A stretch of 64,000 nucleotides of DNA from assembly GCA_029717555.1 (NCBI GenBank), contig JAMDHS010000096.1, forward strand, positions 1 to 64,000. Direction: 5' to 3'. Both the position numbers and the translations under genes were made by a program. Under the pieces are notes generated by a model. It did not search any database and was not told the DNA's origin. It saw only the letters and a program-made list of their open reading frames with translations. This DNA is from Peribolospora baueri (Eukaryota). Of this stretch, positions 1-14,688 are shown in pieces. Position 1 is the stretch's first letter. Each line of letters begins with the position of its first letter.

Positions 1-31
<31 letters not shown>
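1..31. repeat. T31 homopolymer at window edge
   Basis: 31 consecutive T at positions 1-31, probably a contig or window break in low-complexity sequence. Confidence 0.9.
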
Positions 32-192
32 CCCTCTCTCTGTGTCTCTTTTCTCTCACGTTTGTCGCGTGCACCCCGACCCCGTTCGGCAAGTACGAGT
101 AGCCTCGTCAACGGACGGACTGGATGAAAGCGCGTACGTATGGATTGCGTGCGAATACGACGACTTGCGACCGGCCCCAGAAAAACCGCACG

Positions 193-1520
193 CTACTGAA
201 CGGGCACCTCCGTCGGCGTCGTCGTCATCGCTCCCAACCCGACGCCGTTCCACCCCTCGCCTTTCCAGAGGCGCAGCCTCAAGAGCGCCACGGCCAGCGG
301 CGCCGTCTCTGGGCGCCTGCGGAGGAGGTACGCGGCCGTCGTCCCTGGCGTCTCTGTCTCTGTCTCTGGCGTCCCAGGTGACGGCACCGGGGCAGAAGAG
401 GTGGTGGTGATGGAGGAGGAGGAAGAGCTGGTGGTGGTGGTGGTGGTGGTGGGGGAAGTGATTGCGAGGCCGGATAGGTCCACATCCAAAGAGCCTTCTG
501 GCCCGAAACGGAGGACCGCGGACGCGTCGACGTTGTCGTCGCCGTCCGCTTCCCCCTTCGGTGCGGATGGCTTGGCTAGCCATTCTCCATACGCGCTGCC
601 AATGGCGGAACGTAGCCAAGATGATGATGATGATGCTGCTGCTGCTGCTGCTTCTGACGGCGGTGGTGGAGCCGGTGCTGTTGTTGGCGGTGGGGGTGGT
701 GGTGATGGTGATGGTCGTGCTGCTGCCGCTGCAGCAGCCTTGACGGATCCCGGCCGCGCTCGCCCAAACAAAAGCTCAGCCTCTTGCAGGACTCGCTGAC
801 GAAGCTGGTGTTCTATGTAGTCGACCAACAGCGGCGGCACTTTTGTCTGGGTGGGCGCGAAGCGCTTGTGGGCGTCTGGGAAGCCAGACGAGTCCACGGT
901 CACCTCACCGCACCCCGAGCATGGTCCACGGACGGACGAGCAGAAGTGAAGATCGGTGCGGCTCACCTCTACGAAGCGCCTCTTCCACTAACTCCCGCCT
1001 GCACGAGATCCATGCCCCGCGCCCGGGCTTGGAGACGGTGAATTGCGGGTGGAGGATGCGGTCCGGGAGGAGGTACGACTCTTGCTCCGACGACCCTTTC
1101 ACCGACGCGGCTTGGTAAGGATCATCTGGCGGTTCGCCCCTCAGTACCGGTTTGAGGTGGACCATCAGCCCTGAGCAAAGTGCGGAGAGAGGCGGGGCGA
1201 GGGGCGGAACATCGACCGGGTGAGGGAGAAGAGCGGACGGCAGGGCGAACGCCTCGGATAGAGCGACGTACCGGAAGGTAAGACTTTTTGGGTATAAAAA
1301 CAGCGACGAAGAGGGGAGGCGAGGATCTGCACTGCCAGATGGGACGAAGGACGTTAGCGCCGCCCGAGCACCGTCCGTCGTCACCTCGCACACTCCCACT
1401 GGCAGAACGAACGGGGGCGTACAGACGCCGGGGACGGTGAACAGACTCACGATATGGGCTGCTAGCCCATCTTCGGTTCTGCTCCTTCACATGCTCCCTC
1501 ACCGTTCCTTCTTCGCCCAT
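193..1520 (-). CDS. Hypothetical fungal protein, spliced; start uncertain
   Basis: Minus-strand ORF pieces (1122-1751, 905-1450, 193-966) join through GTGAGT/GTGAGC donors near 1450 and 966. The protein contains LHPQFTVSKPGRGAWISCRRE and VDYIEHQLRQRVLQE, with poly-Ala/Ser/Thr tracts from GGT/GCT/GAT microsatellites. Confidence 0.5.
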
Positions 1521-1964
1521 CCTCCTTGCCCCTCGCTCTGCTCCCTCCTCCCGCTTTCCACGCCTGCGCCTCGACCGCCCTTCCGTCCTTGCTTTCGGAG
1601 GCGCACTTCGAGCATTGGGATCCGTGATCGGGTTGTTAGGTTCTAGGAGAATGGAGAAGGGCCTGCTCAGAGCGGCAAAAGAGAAGAGCACGCCCGACTG
1701 TGATCGTCGCAGGCACTCTCGACAGAGCATCGTCATCCCGTCTGTCTGCACGTCTCGCTCCGTCGCTGGAAGACCGGCCGGGGAAAGACTCGACGAGCGG
1801 AGCTACATGGCCGCCCGTACCGGGAAGGATATTAGCAAGTGATCGGCTGCGGCATGTGAGAAGGGCCGCGTACGTGCTGCTCTCGATCATTCCCACTCGC
1901 GAGCCGTTGGTTTCGTATTTCCATTCCTCTCCATCTCCCACAGACGTTAGCGTATCGGCTCGGA

Positions 1965-3545
1965 ATGTCCTCTCTGCAACAGATCCACTCACAGCTCAAC
2001 AGCGAGTTTATATCGCCGAACAGGGACCTCAAGAAGGTCGGCTCACTTTTGACCAAATCCAAGGTGCGCTTGCTTCCGATCTGCCCTCGATGAACGCGGC
2101 CCGCCTTCGAAGGCTTGCCACGGTCATGGCAGCCCAACTCACGCGCTCTCCATCTTACATTGCTTGGACGCTGCGTTGGCATCGCAGATCGCATTGACAG
2201 AAGCAGGGCTGCTCATTCCTTCCTCGAACGCGGACCGACAAAGCCTGTTGATCGCACGTGAGTTGAGCCCTTGCTATTTCGTCCGTCCTAGATCCCAGAC
2301 AGGATGGAGTAGTCCTGGCTCTGACTTCTTTCCCGTACATTTGAACCTTTTCCGTCTCCCGTTTCATGTTTATCTCAGGAGAGACTCTGGAGATTGGGGC
2401 ATACTACAGCATACAGGTCCGGGATGTGCCCGCTTTCGAGCGCTACGTCTCCCAGTTGAACGTATATTACAATGACTTGGGGTATGTCAGCGGCCGCAAG
2501 GTATTCTCCGGCCGCATGATCCAAGTATTCGGTTTGCTCACGGTATTGTGTCACTCTTGTTACCTTCCTTTCAGACCTCTCCTCCCACCATCGCCTCACC
2601 AGTCCCCCTTGCTAGGTCTCCATCTCCTCTCCCTCCTCTCTTCCACTCCTTCTCGTATCTCCGACTTCCACACCCTCCTTGAAACTCTCCCCGCCGATGT
2701 GATCCGTGACAACCCCTACGTTCAGTACCCTGTCAGTCTCGAGCGGTGGCTTATGGAGGGCAGTTACGGCAAGGTGTGGAAGGCTAGGCAGGAGAGCTCG
2801 GCTGCTGCCTCAGGGCGGGGGGACACGGCGGCGGGGAGGGAGCTGGCAAGGGAGGAGGAGAGGTTCTTTGTCGATCGCTTGTTGGGCACCATTCGGTGAG
2901 TTTGTTTTGCGAGGAGAAGGGAGTCAACGTGTTACATTTCAACGAGGATGAGGCGGAGGATGCTCGGACTCACGCTCTCCTTACCTTCCCCTCGCCACCC
3001 CGTACTATCTTTTCTTGCTTCCCTGCTCTATTCCATTCCGGCCACTCTTGGATTGCGGGTGAATCTAGGAACGAGATCGCGTCTTGCGAGGAGAACGCTT
3101 ACGACAGTCTTCCCCTGGCTGACGCTGCGACGCTACTCTTCTTCAACACGCTTCCCGAGGTATTGGACTTCGCTCAGCAGGTGCGTTGCAGATCAATTTC
3201 ATATCTGCCTTAATCTCGTCTGCTTTCATTTTCAGTGTCTCCATGTGGCACGGTTCGAGAACTTACATCTGACTTTACTCCCGGTGCTTTATGTCCTACT
3301 CGGTCCCTTTGTCTCCCTCTCATCTGTGCCCCGCTCTCCATCTTTCTCAGCGCGGCTGGCAAATCCATCCAACCGAACAGCGTATCTACTTCCCGGCTAA
3401 AGCGGACGTTGCAAACCCCAAGTCGCCAACCACCCCCAGCGATGCGGCCGCCACGCCCTTCACGTCTTCCAAGACCGGCATTCCGAAGGAGAAGATCATT
3501 ACCGCTAGCCTAGGCTACGCGAGGGCTTTGGAAGAAATCGTTTGA
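1965..3545 (+). CDS. RPN12: 26S proteasome lid subunit Rpn12 (PCI domain)
   Basis: Spliced exons read MSSLQQIHSQL..., ETLEIGAYYSIQVRDVPAFERYVSQL, ISDFHTLLETLP, YPVSLERWLMEGSYGKVW, TIRNEIASCEENAY and SLGYARALEEIV*, all typical of Rpn12. Confidence 0.95.
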
Positions 3546-4379
3546 GACGGGGGCCGCCTCGGCTTCATCCGCGTGGCATGCCAGAGAGTGCCTTGAAGGA
3601 AAGGGAGGGATGGAGAGCGAGGCCAAAATGTTGTTGACGGTAGCGAACATTTGCGAAATAGATGGATTGACTTGTCCAGCGTCACACCATTGGCGTCCGT
3701 TGGTTGATTTTAATGGATTGACTTGGTGGTGCCTTGCGTATGGCATCACTTCATCTCCACTGCCGGGCACCATGTCCTTGAAGGACATTTTTCAGACGGG
3801 CAAAGTGGCCGAAGTCGTCACTTGGTTTCGAGAGCTTTGAGCGGCGTCATTTACCGTTCTTGGGGTTAGAGCAGATGTATGACGAGTCGAGGACGGGATG
3901 GGAGGTGGGAGATGCGATACAGACTTAGGCGGTCTGACCGACATCCGGGTCCTGGTAGCGTCTATTGCGCTGTTGAGCCTAAGCGTGTGGGCGTTCACGG
4001 TTTGGGGTTTCGATGAAAAGATGGTCAAATGAGGTTTTATCCGGATCGGGTTTGGGAACATCTGCTGATGATGGTCTTGATTGGCATTCTTGGATCCCAT
4101 CCACCTCACCTGGCGAGGGCGATGCGGACCTGTTCTGGGCAAATGACCCGTAGGAGGAAGTACGCTGAGCATGACCCGTCCTCATACTATTCCAGCACAT
4201 ATTATCTGCTCAGATAGGCAGGTCCTGCGCAGCATGTGCAAAACCCCTCGCCGAACGAACGCCATTCAGTACACGCGCACGCGGACGCAACAGCGACCGA
4301 CAGGGCTTCTACTAATTTACACAAAGCGTCGGCATTTCTCCGTATTTTTTTCCCATCGATCCATGAGCTGATTGACGGA

Positions 4380-5834
4380 TTAGCCAGCATAGACGATATC
4401 CTCTCCCTTGACGGGAAGCTCGTCTCCGGGAACGAAAAGACGCTCAACGCCCTCCTTGGTGATGACGGCCATCCGCACCACACCTCCTGAGGAGCCGTCG
4501 CGAGACATTGCGAGTGAAAGAGCTGTAGGCGAGAGATGGATTAAAATGAGGCGCAGAACAAAGAATACTTTAGCTAATCCGTGCCATCACGGAACAGGGA
4601 AAACGTGGAGACGAGCGACACAAGGAAACACGAAATTGAAAGACGAGAGATGAAACACACCGTTCTTGACAAACTCCACCGTCTCGTCCCGACCCCAGCC
4701 TTCGCGATAAGTCGAATCGCAGTAACCGTAGATGTATGCCGAACCGGAACCTGAGGGTGGTAAGATGGAAGTAGTAAGTTATGAGAACAGACATCCGCAA
4801 GAGGAGGAGGGTGCGCCAAAGAACAAACGGCGACCTGTTCGTCATTGACAAGCCCCGACAGCATCTTGTCCAACCCGCTCAAAAGGGCCAAGAAGCCAAA
4901 TCTACTCAAGTCATTCACCTCCAATAGCCCAAGGTCCCTTGAAGAGCCCACCGCCCAATGGGATATTGTACACCTCCGGGCCGTTCTTCTCGTCCCAACC
5001 GGCTACGATGATTCCAGCTGACAGGCGATCCTTGTTGCTGTAGCAGAGCTCTTGGAAGAGCGCTGCTGCTGCATGGGTTGTGGGTGGACGGTCGTGTTGG
5101 ACGCTGGGGGTAGGATCAGAGGGAAGAAGGCATAGGAATTAAGATGGATAAAATGAATGGGTACGACATTCAAACACCGAGAAACAGAGAAGGTTAAAAG
5201 AACGGAAACTGGCCGAGGCGGAAAACAAAAGTACTCACGCGTACATCTGCAGGTAATAGTGCACCATGTCTGCAATGGCCTATTGAGAGATGAGCAAGGG
5301 AGTGTTCACCAGCGGTCAGAAATATGTCAGACGGTCTCTACAAAAAGACTAATAGAAAGTAAATGAAAAAGAGGCGGAATGCTGACGCACCTGCGTGTCC
5401 GCTGCCGAGCCCGATCGACAGCAGTAGATGCGGTCATGGATGAACGTAAGTTTGTCCGTCACTCGGTTGGCCTAAAGAAGGGAGATAGAGGGACACAGAG
5501 AATAGAAGCGCATAAATTGAGTTGTATAGTTCATCCCTATCTTCCATCCTTATATCTGAGAAGAAGACGTACGATATAAGAGCCAGTCGTCGTTCTTGAG
5601 TCAGCACCGAGAACCACGCCGTCCTTGAAAGCAACAGCCATAATGGACGTCTGGCATAACAAAACAATCAATGTAAAAAGCGTGGTCCGCCTATTTCCAG
5701 ATCGAGCATCCATGGACCTCAGGCGACGGCCCGAATGAGCAAGCAAGTCGAAAGAGGATAGGGCCAACGCTTACCCCCAAGTTGACCTCTCCCTGCTTGA
5801 GGTGGGCTATGTCTACGGAGATGCCGTCTGACAT
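4380..5834 (-). CDS. PRE3: 20S proteasome beta-1 subunit (caspase-like)
   Basis: The propeptide ends GEVNLG|TSIMAV, giving the catalytic N-terminal Thr. Further motifs: [37 protein letters not shown] and [14 protein letters not shown]. Confidence 0.96.
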
Positions 5835-6180
5835 GGCGACAAGTTGGACGAGTGGACGTACAACAAGATTGTGAAAGGTCTGGCTAGCAAGTTAGCACGT
5901 CGTGTGCAGTGGTGAAGACGAAGTTGAGAGGGAGACGCGGCTAACTGCTGAAGCACCTTGTCGCTCGTCCACCTTGGAATAGTCAGTGATCGACCGAGCT
6001 GACGACGCGCCCGCAGCGCCCGCAGCATAGGCTCGATGCACGTTCTCAAGGCCGCCTAACTGCGCCAGGCCGGTGACGTCGGCTGGGTCGTAGCCTAGAA
6101 GAAGACTTCCTTCCCGCCTCCATTCACTTGACCTCCGTTCTCGCCCACCCGCTCTCTCCATCCATACTCACTCCTTTACT

Positions 6181-8292
<2,112 letters not shown>

Positions 8293-8802
8293 GCAGTAGA
8301 GAAGCGCAACTTTTATCCCGCCCTGAGACAGCGACAACCAAGATGAAATATCTGTGCTTCGAGGTCGAAGACCCGTTCCGAACGAGAATCAAGACATTAT
8401 ATAAGCCATCGATAGATACTTGCTTTGCTTCGTCTCGTCAAAGAGCGAACGAGCGAGTAGGAGTTTACGCTCAATCTACCTTTCCCTCTTCTTTGTCCCA
8501 TGTTTTTCTGTCGATCCCTTGCTAATTCCACCTAAATGCGTTACCCACTCGTCCACCGGTCACTCGTAGCCTGCGAATGCTCTATCTGATACAAGCGGGC
8601 GTTCGCTGTCCGTCAGTCGACCAATTACAGTGGTTTATTAAGGTATTGGGCGGTGATCAGGCGAGGGTGGCAGCTATCTGTCGAATTAGAAAAGGGTATA
8701 TAGGCAAGGTATCCTTCTACAGCCGCAATCTTCCCACCTCATGCTTCGCCGCACAGCCTTCCCTGCCTCTCCATTCCTCTACTACACCTCTTCCCTCTCC
8801 CA

Positions 8803-10697
8803 CTAACTCCCGCTCCTAAGCGGCGCGATCCCCCGCGAGCCCGCTGAACGGAGGACGGACCTGCACTCCTGTGCGATCTCTCGTGCACCCGGCACGCCTG
8901 CGTCGATCCAGGCGGAAAGAACAGATTCGAAGCGGCCCCAAAGGCGCTATTGACGACGGAAGAGGGTGGAGGATGAGCAGGAGTGAGAGGATGAACGATG
9001 AGGACTACTGCTAAGGAGCACGAGAGGTCGGACGAGGAGACGCACCTCGGCTTGAGCAAGACCGTCACCTGTGAGTGGGGCAGGAGAAGATGTTGTTGAC
9101 GAAGGCGATGGTGGGACTATAAGGTAGAGGGCAAAGAATATGCGCAAAATCCCAAGGCTGATTAGACGCATTCCGCCTGCGAGCGCTCTACTGGATTCGC
9201 TTAATAAGAGACCGAGGAAGCCTTGAAAGATGGATTGGACGAGCTCACCATCGTTGTCGTCCAAGTCCGCACTAGCCTTCCTAGTCGCACCGCCTCCCGC
9301 TCTACTTCTCGTACCGGGTCCCACCCCACTCCCCATACTCGGCGCTGATCCGGGCCCTCCGCCGCCATTTCCTCCCGAAGCGACCAGATCTCTCAACGTT
9401 TGCGGAAGCTCGACAATGGGAGCCAGATGCCGTACGGGGTTGAGCTTGGGTGTCCGCTTGTTCTTGCCTGCTCCAGCGCCCAGTTCTTTCCCTTCCGACG
9501 TCCCCGCCGCCGGCTGCTCCGAATCCGAATCCTCCTCTTGTTCCGGCGAAGAGGCCAGCACCTCTTTCGGCTCCAAATCCTCTTCCTCGAGAATTAACCT
9601 CCCCGACCCTCCTTTCGTTCCCGATGGAGTAACCGTCGCAGTCGACTCTGCGCGCTGGGGTCTCGTCGCAGAAGCAGGAGCGAAAACAGAAGCTCGAGGT
9701 GTGGGCGCGCCTGACGGGAGCGTGCTCGATGGCAATCGTGGGATTTGATGGGAAAGAGAAAGAGGAGGCTCAAATGCGAGGAAGGCGCAGAGCTGGGAGA
9801 TGGACGAGAAGGAAGAGCGCAGCTGGTCTAGGGAGGGGTCAAGCGATTCCGCGCTCGATCTCATCTGAGGAAGAGATAGCGGGCGGAAGGAGGGCAAGAG
9901 AGGGAATCAACAGAGTCATTCAGGAGTCAATACGTCTTCTGAAAGAGAAGGAGATTATGTAAATAAACCAGATACAAGAGAAGATCCTCACTTTGCGAAT
10001 CGTCTCGGACGCGGCGACCAGTTCGTGGTGATGATTGTAAACGAGCGATTGGCGCTCTCCGTCCAGTTCGCGAATCTCTAAAAGAACCAACAGCAACAGC
10101 CGTAGTATTGGTACACATAAATTCCCGGTTAAAAGTGTATATGGTCAAACGTATTCGATCGACTTGACTCACCAATGAGGAGCTCCGATGCCCTGTGCAG
10201 GAGCTCGGGCAAGGTCTTAGAGGTGATGAGGTCGTCGTAGTACACTCTAGGATCAAAGGACCGAGAGTCTGACAGCAGCCACAAAGGGCAAGTCAGCGTG
10301 TGTGAGCGCCAACAACCGCCTCGAAGCGACCGAGAAAGGGATCAAATGATAAGCGACGAAATCCCAGCGGTAGGGTCGCTGGCTCACCAGGATTAAGCGG
10401 ATCTGGTTTTGTCGCCGACCCACCCCCGCCAAACGTATAATGCTCCCTTAGCAAATTCCTCGCCCTCCTCTTCCGTCCCACATCAGCAGGCCTAGACGTA
10501 TTGAGCGAAGCGGGCGCATCGTTCCAGTGAGTCGTCGCCGTCGGCGTTCGGTCGGTCGAGGATAGCGGCGGGGATGCGAGAGGGGCCCGTTGGGAGTTGC
10601 GCAGCGTCGTGAGCGAAGGAGAGCCGGAGCGCGAGGCAACGAGCGAGTCGAGGCCTGAGGCCGCAGAAGAGGCTGTTCCGGGGCGAGAAGAGGCCAT
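8803..10697 (-). CDS. VPS51: GARP complex subunit Vps51/Ang2-like
   Basis: RARNLLREHY, FDPRVYYDDLITSKTLPELL and EIRELDGERQSLVYNHHHELVAASETIRKMR match the Vps51 N-terminal domain. The C-terminal exon reads RLWGRFESVFSAWIDAGVPGAREIAQECR. Confidence 0.85.
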
Positions 10698-10970
10698 GAG
10701 ATGAGGAGGGTGAGGGAGAGAAGGAGGGGGTGAGCGCACGCTGAACTGACTGCCGGTGCTCGAAGCTGACCTCCTACCCAGCACCCAGGTTTGTCACGTG
10801 CGGCGTCGGCTGATCCGGAAAAACCGCCGTGTTGTCGTCCGTCGACTTGCCACGGTCGCCTCTTCTGATTGCCAACATCGACCAGCGTTCTTCCAGCTTG
10901 TCACCCTCTTCCATCACATCTCTGTTCCTCCCTCATCTTCTCTCGCTTTAAGAGTTGAATCATCGTCAAC

Positions 10971-12881
10971 ATGGGAAAGAAGAAGGCGAGTCTGCCTCTC
11001 TTCGGTTCGTTCTTCCAGGCGACGTTGACTCGGTCGCTCATCCATCTTCTTCCCTCGTCCTCTCGATGACCATGCAGGCGAAGCAAGTCCTTATGGCGTG
11101 GTGCTGTGAGTGTATTCATTGTTGTTACCTCGCATTCGACCAGGAATGTGGCTGATGGTTTTTCTACAGGGTACTGCGAGAGGGAGTTCGAAGATGACAA
11201 GGGTGAGTCTCGCTGCGCTGTCTTCGTCGCCGGTAGGCCCTTTCAAATCGTGACCGATGTCCCTATGAATTTGTTCGCAGTGTTGATCCAGCATCAGATG
11301 GCAAAGCACTTTAGGTGCCCTCATTGTCCTCGACGTTTGAAGACAGCTGGTGGGCTCGCCGTTCACGTTCAGCAAGTGCACAAGCTCGAGCCGGAGCAGT
11401 AAGCATTTCGTTGGCGCTTGGTCGATTCTTCGCATCCGGGCTGATGATTTCTTTTGTCTTCAATATAAGCATTGACAACACCATACCTGGTCGAGACACC
11501 TTCGATATTGAGATCTATGGTATGGAAGGCATTCCACCGGAGGACCTGGCGGCGTTTAGGAAGCGCAAAGCGGAGGAGGAGGGAGGTCCAGCGCAACTGA
11601 ACCAGCAGCCTTCGCAGAAGCGTCCCAAGATCGAAAAAGTGGCACTCTCTCAGGATGAGCTCAAAGCTCAGCTTGAGGCGCACAAAGCACTCATGTCCGG
11701 TAACAGTGCGGCCGCCGGCGCTTACGTCCCCCCTCCGGGCGTGCCGCCACCGGGCATGTACGGCTATCCGCCCTACGGCGTGCCTCCCCCAGGACAGTTC
11801 AATTCGCCCCCACCTGGTATGCCGCCTTTCTCGAGACCCCCTCCAGGCGGCGTCCCGTCTTTCTCTGGTCCGCCTCCTCCAGGTGCTCCGCCGTTCAGGT
11901 GAGACGCAAGGCGATGGCTGGATGAGATCTATGCTTCGAAGCCCCCGCACGTTGGACTCGAGCTTATCCATCCCTTCCATCTTATTTTTATTAATCTCAC
12001 ATAGCCGCCCGCCACCCATGGGCTTCCCCAATCGCCCTCCACCCAACTTCCGCCCTGGCTTTCCGCCAAACGTGCCGCCCCCATCGATGTCGCCCGGCGC
12101 GAGGCCACCTGGCTACCCTCCCGGCCCGCCGCCCATGTTGGGCGGAAGCCCTCCACCAGGTCAGTCTCCCGTTGGACCCCCTTTCAACCGGCCCCCGGGC
12201 ACCCCCACCGCGCCCGGCAGCGGCAACTCTGCCTCTCCGCTCCCCGGCCAGCCCGCTGCGTCGCCGTACCCAGGGCAGTTCAGCACGCCGCCTCCCGCCG
12301 CGCCAGGTATGGCCGTTCCTCCCAGGCCCGGCATGCCTATGCCACCTCCCGGACAGGCGCAGCAGTATCCGACTCCACAACCACAGAGCCCGTACGTGCA
12401 GTCGATTCCCCAAGCGCCTGTGACTGGTCCGCCACCCATGACTCCTCACCAGGCTGCCGTTGCGGCCGGTCAGAAGAGCAGATTGGTATGGCTCGACACG
12501 GTGCAATCGCCTGTGAGTATGAGATGGAATTTCTCGAGGCTTCCATTTTGCGCACCTACACTCATGTTTCCTGTTCGGCTTTGGCTGATTGAATTTCTAC
12601 TGTGCTTTGGGCCACCCATCAAACTCTCATGGAACCAGGAGGAGAAACTTGCCCGTCACCCCAAATACGCCTACCACGATGCGGACGATGCCGCGGCTGC
12701 TACGAATGGCGGGGGCGCCGTCGGGAATGCTGACGTTGGTAAGGCAGACGGGGCTACGGAGGCCCAAACGAACGGCAGCGAAGGAGAGCAACAGCCTCAG
12801 CAGGCGAATCTGGAGGAGGCAAACGTGGCGCCTTCGGGGCCTGGTAAAGGAGGTCGAGCCAAGGCTAGCGATCTGTTCTGA
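10971..12881 (+). CDS. ZNF207/BuGZ-like C2H2 zinc-finger, proline-rich protein
   Basis: [59 protein letters not shown] and EIYGMEGIP, then a long Pro-rich region and a [16 protein letters not shown] C-terminal motif. Confidence 0.9.
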
Positions 12882-14688
12882 GCGTTCGTTCTTTTGGCGT
12901 CCGGGTGCCCAAAACAGCGGGGAGTGGCAGGTGGTTCTTTCCTGCTAGGTGGTGGTCAGCGATACGACAAGCTGCGTGCGCGCATACACCAGTCAGCGAG
13001 TCCTTCCTTTCTCATCGTCTCTTCGCAAGCTTGTCTGCGCTCTTCTCCTCGATATTCACTGCTACGTTTGGCTGGATTGTCTAAGGACGACGCTAGCTCT
13101 CACGTCTCTTCCTCTCCCCTTCCATCCTTCACATTAATCACTCGAGGACGTCTCCCGAGCACGCTGCTGTACACGAAAAATGAGTATGAGTGAAGATGAA
13201 CAACGGTAGGCAAGTCGAAATGGTAGGCTGTCTGGCTTCGTCCCTTTGTTTCGGTTGCTTGTCCCCCATTTGTCGGTCGACTTCCTTCAGCCTGATTCGC
13301 TTGCGTTCGTGGTACGACATCTTTGTGAGAAGACTGTGAGTGCGATTGGCTCTGTCTTGACAGTCTTTCCGAAACAGGTTGGTCATTAGGGCATTGCGAA
13401 AGTAGAAGTTGGTTGGCTCATTCAAGGCTGACCGAGGTGTTTGAAGCGAAACGCCTTGGATCCCGAAGGATGGACGATGGTGAGCTGCAAAAGAAGGGGG
13501 TATTGCGCTACTGACCACACAGTAGCATCGAGCAGAGCCTAACCCTCATCCGCGGTTGCAGTCTGCTGGACCGGACTTACTTTCGTGAGCCCGCTCTTTC
13601 TGACCACTTTGCGTCGTTAGGGCTAGTTGGCCGTCTATCACCTGTCACCCTTCGTCAATGAAGGGGCTAGCCTTGCCATTCGCCGTCCTCTACATATCCA
13701 TATCTTCTAGCGTCCCGTACACACGTTACAACTGCTGGCTCTGCTGCAGTATATGCACGCGAGGTTTGACTATTGCTGCCGCCTCTCCTCTTTCCATCTT
13801 CGCTTCCTTTTCAGCAGTCAGGCTTGTCGATGCCCAAATCCCACCGTATCACGACAGATACACGACGAGCTCGCTGGAGACCCTGCAGCTGGATGAACTC
13901 TGGCGTGAGGATCACCATGCACGGCACCTATACTTCCTAATAAAGATCTGTAAGTGACTCGAGTATGCGTTTGCCCACCTTGTTTTTTGCCTTCAATCTG
14001 TACATGTCGGAGACGGGATGACCATCGTCCATCCGGCCAATTCGATTCCTGCGTCCGGCGAGGCGGTGGGTAGCTTCCGTGTCCGCACTCGGGTCCCATC
14101 TTGCGCAATCTGCAGTATTGTGCGAGACTCGGCGCGTGTGGTAAGCATGACACTGAGGCGTCGAGCTTGGCTAACAACGCCTTGTGTCGCACCGCTGGGA
14201 TCGCCTACTTTAACAAGCGGACAGGCTCGCTCCGCTTTGGGCGATGAATTTGTTGCGGCTATTATTATCGTCGCCAACGCCTTGCATTGCATGCGCAAAC
14301 GGCTCGGTCGGTCACCTTGATACCTCCGGACCTGGGCCTTCCGAATTGTAGTTGAGCTCTGGCTAGACAGCGAAGGCTGGCTCTCTTCGCTCGAGTCCTG
14401 TTTAAGGACGACAATGCATATCGTTTGTCTGCCTCGGCCAGTCTGACAGCATCGGGATTTTCGCTTGACATTGTTGGTTCTTCTGTCCTTGAGAAACTTT
14501 GGATTCATTTGGCAGCCGCGCTGTCGGCCAGACGGAACGCCTATAGAGCAGGAGAACGACGAGCAAAAAAAGGAAGACTTGGATTCGATACCGATAACGG
14601 TCCACTGCCCGTCGCACTATAGGTACTGAGGTATAATTATCGACAAAAGGGCTTAATACTGGCACGCAAGTAACATCGCTTTTCCAGC

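Noticed and set aside
1..31. Poly(T) as the poly(A) tail of a retrocopied gene, or as a telomere
   Set aside because: The adjacent minus-strand gene appears to have introns, and there is no TTAGGG-type repeat.
3546..4379. Small gene or snoRNA between RPN12 and PRE3
   Set aside because: Only short ORFs without homology cues and no convincing box C/D pair.
13138..14665. Minus-strand ORFs, including a short hydrophobic segment (IQVFLFLLVVLLLY)
   Set aside because: No recognisable domain and no consistent spliced model.
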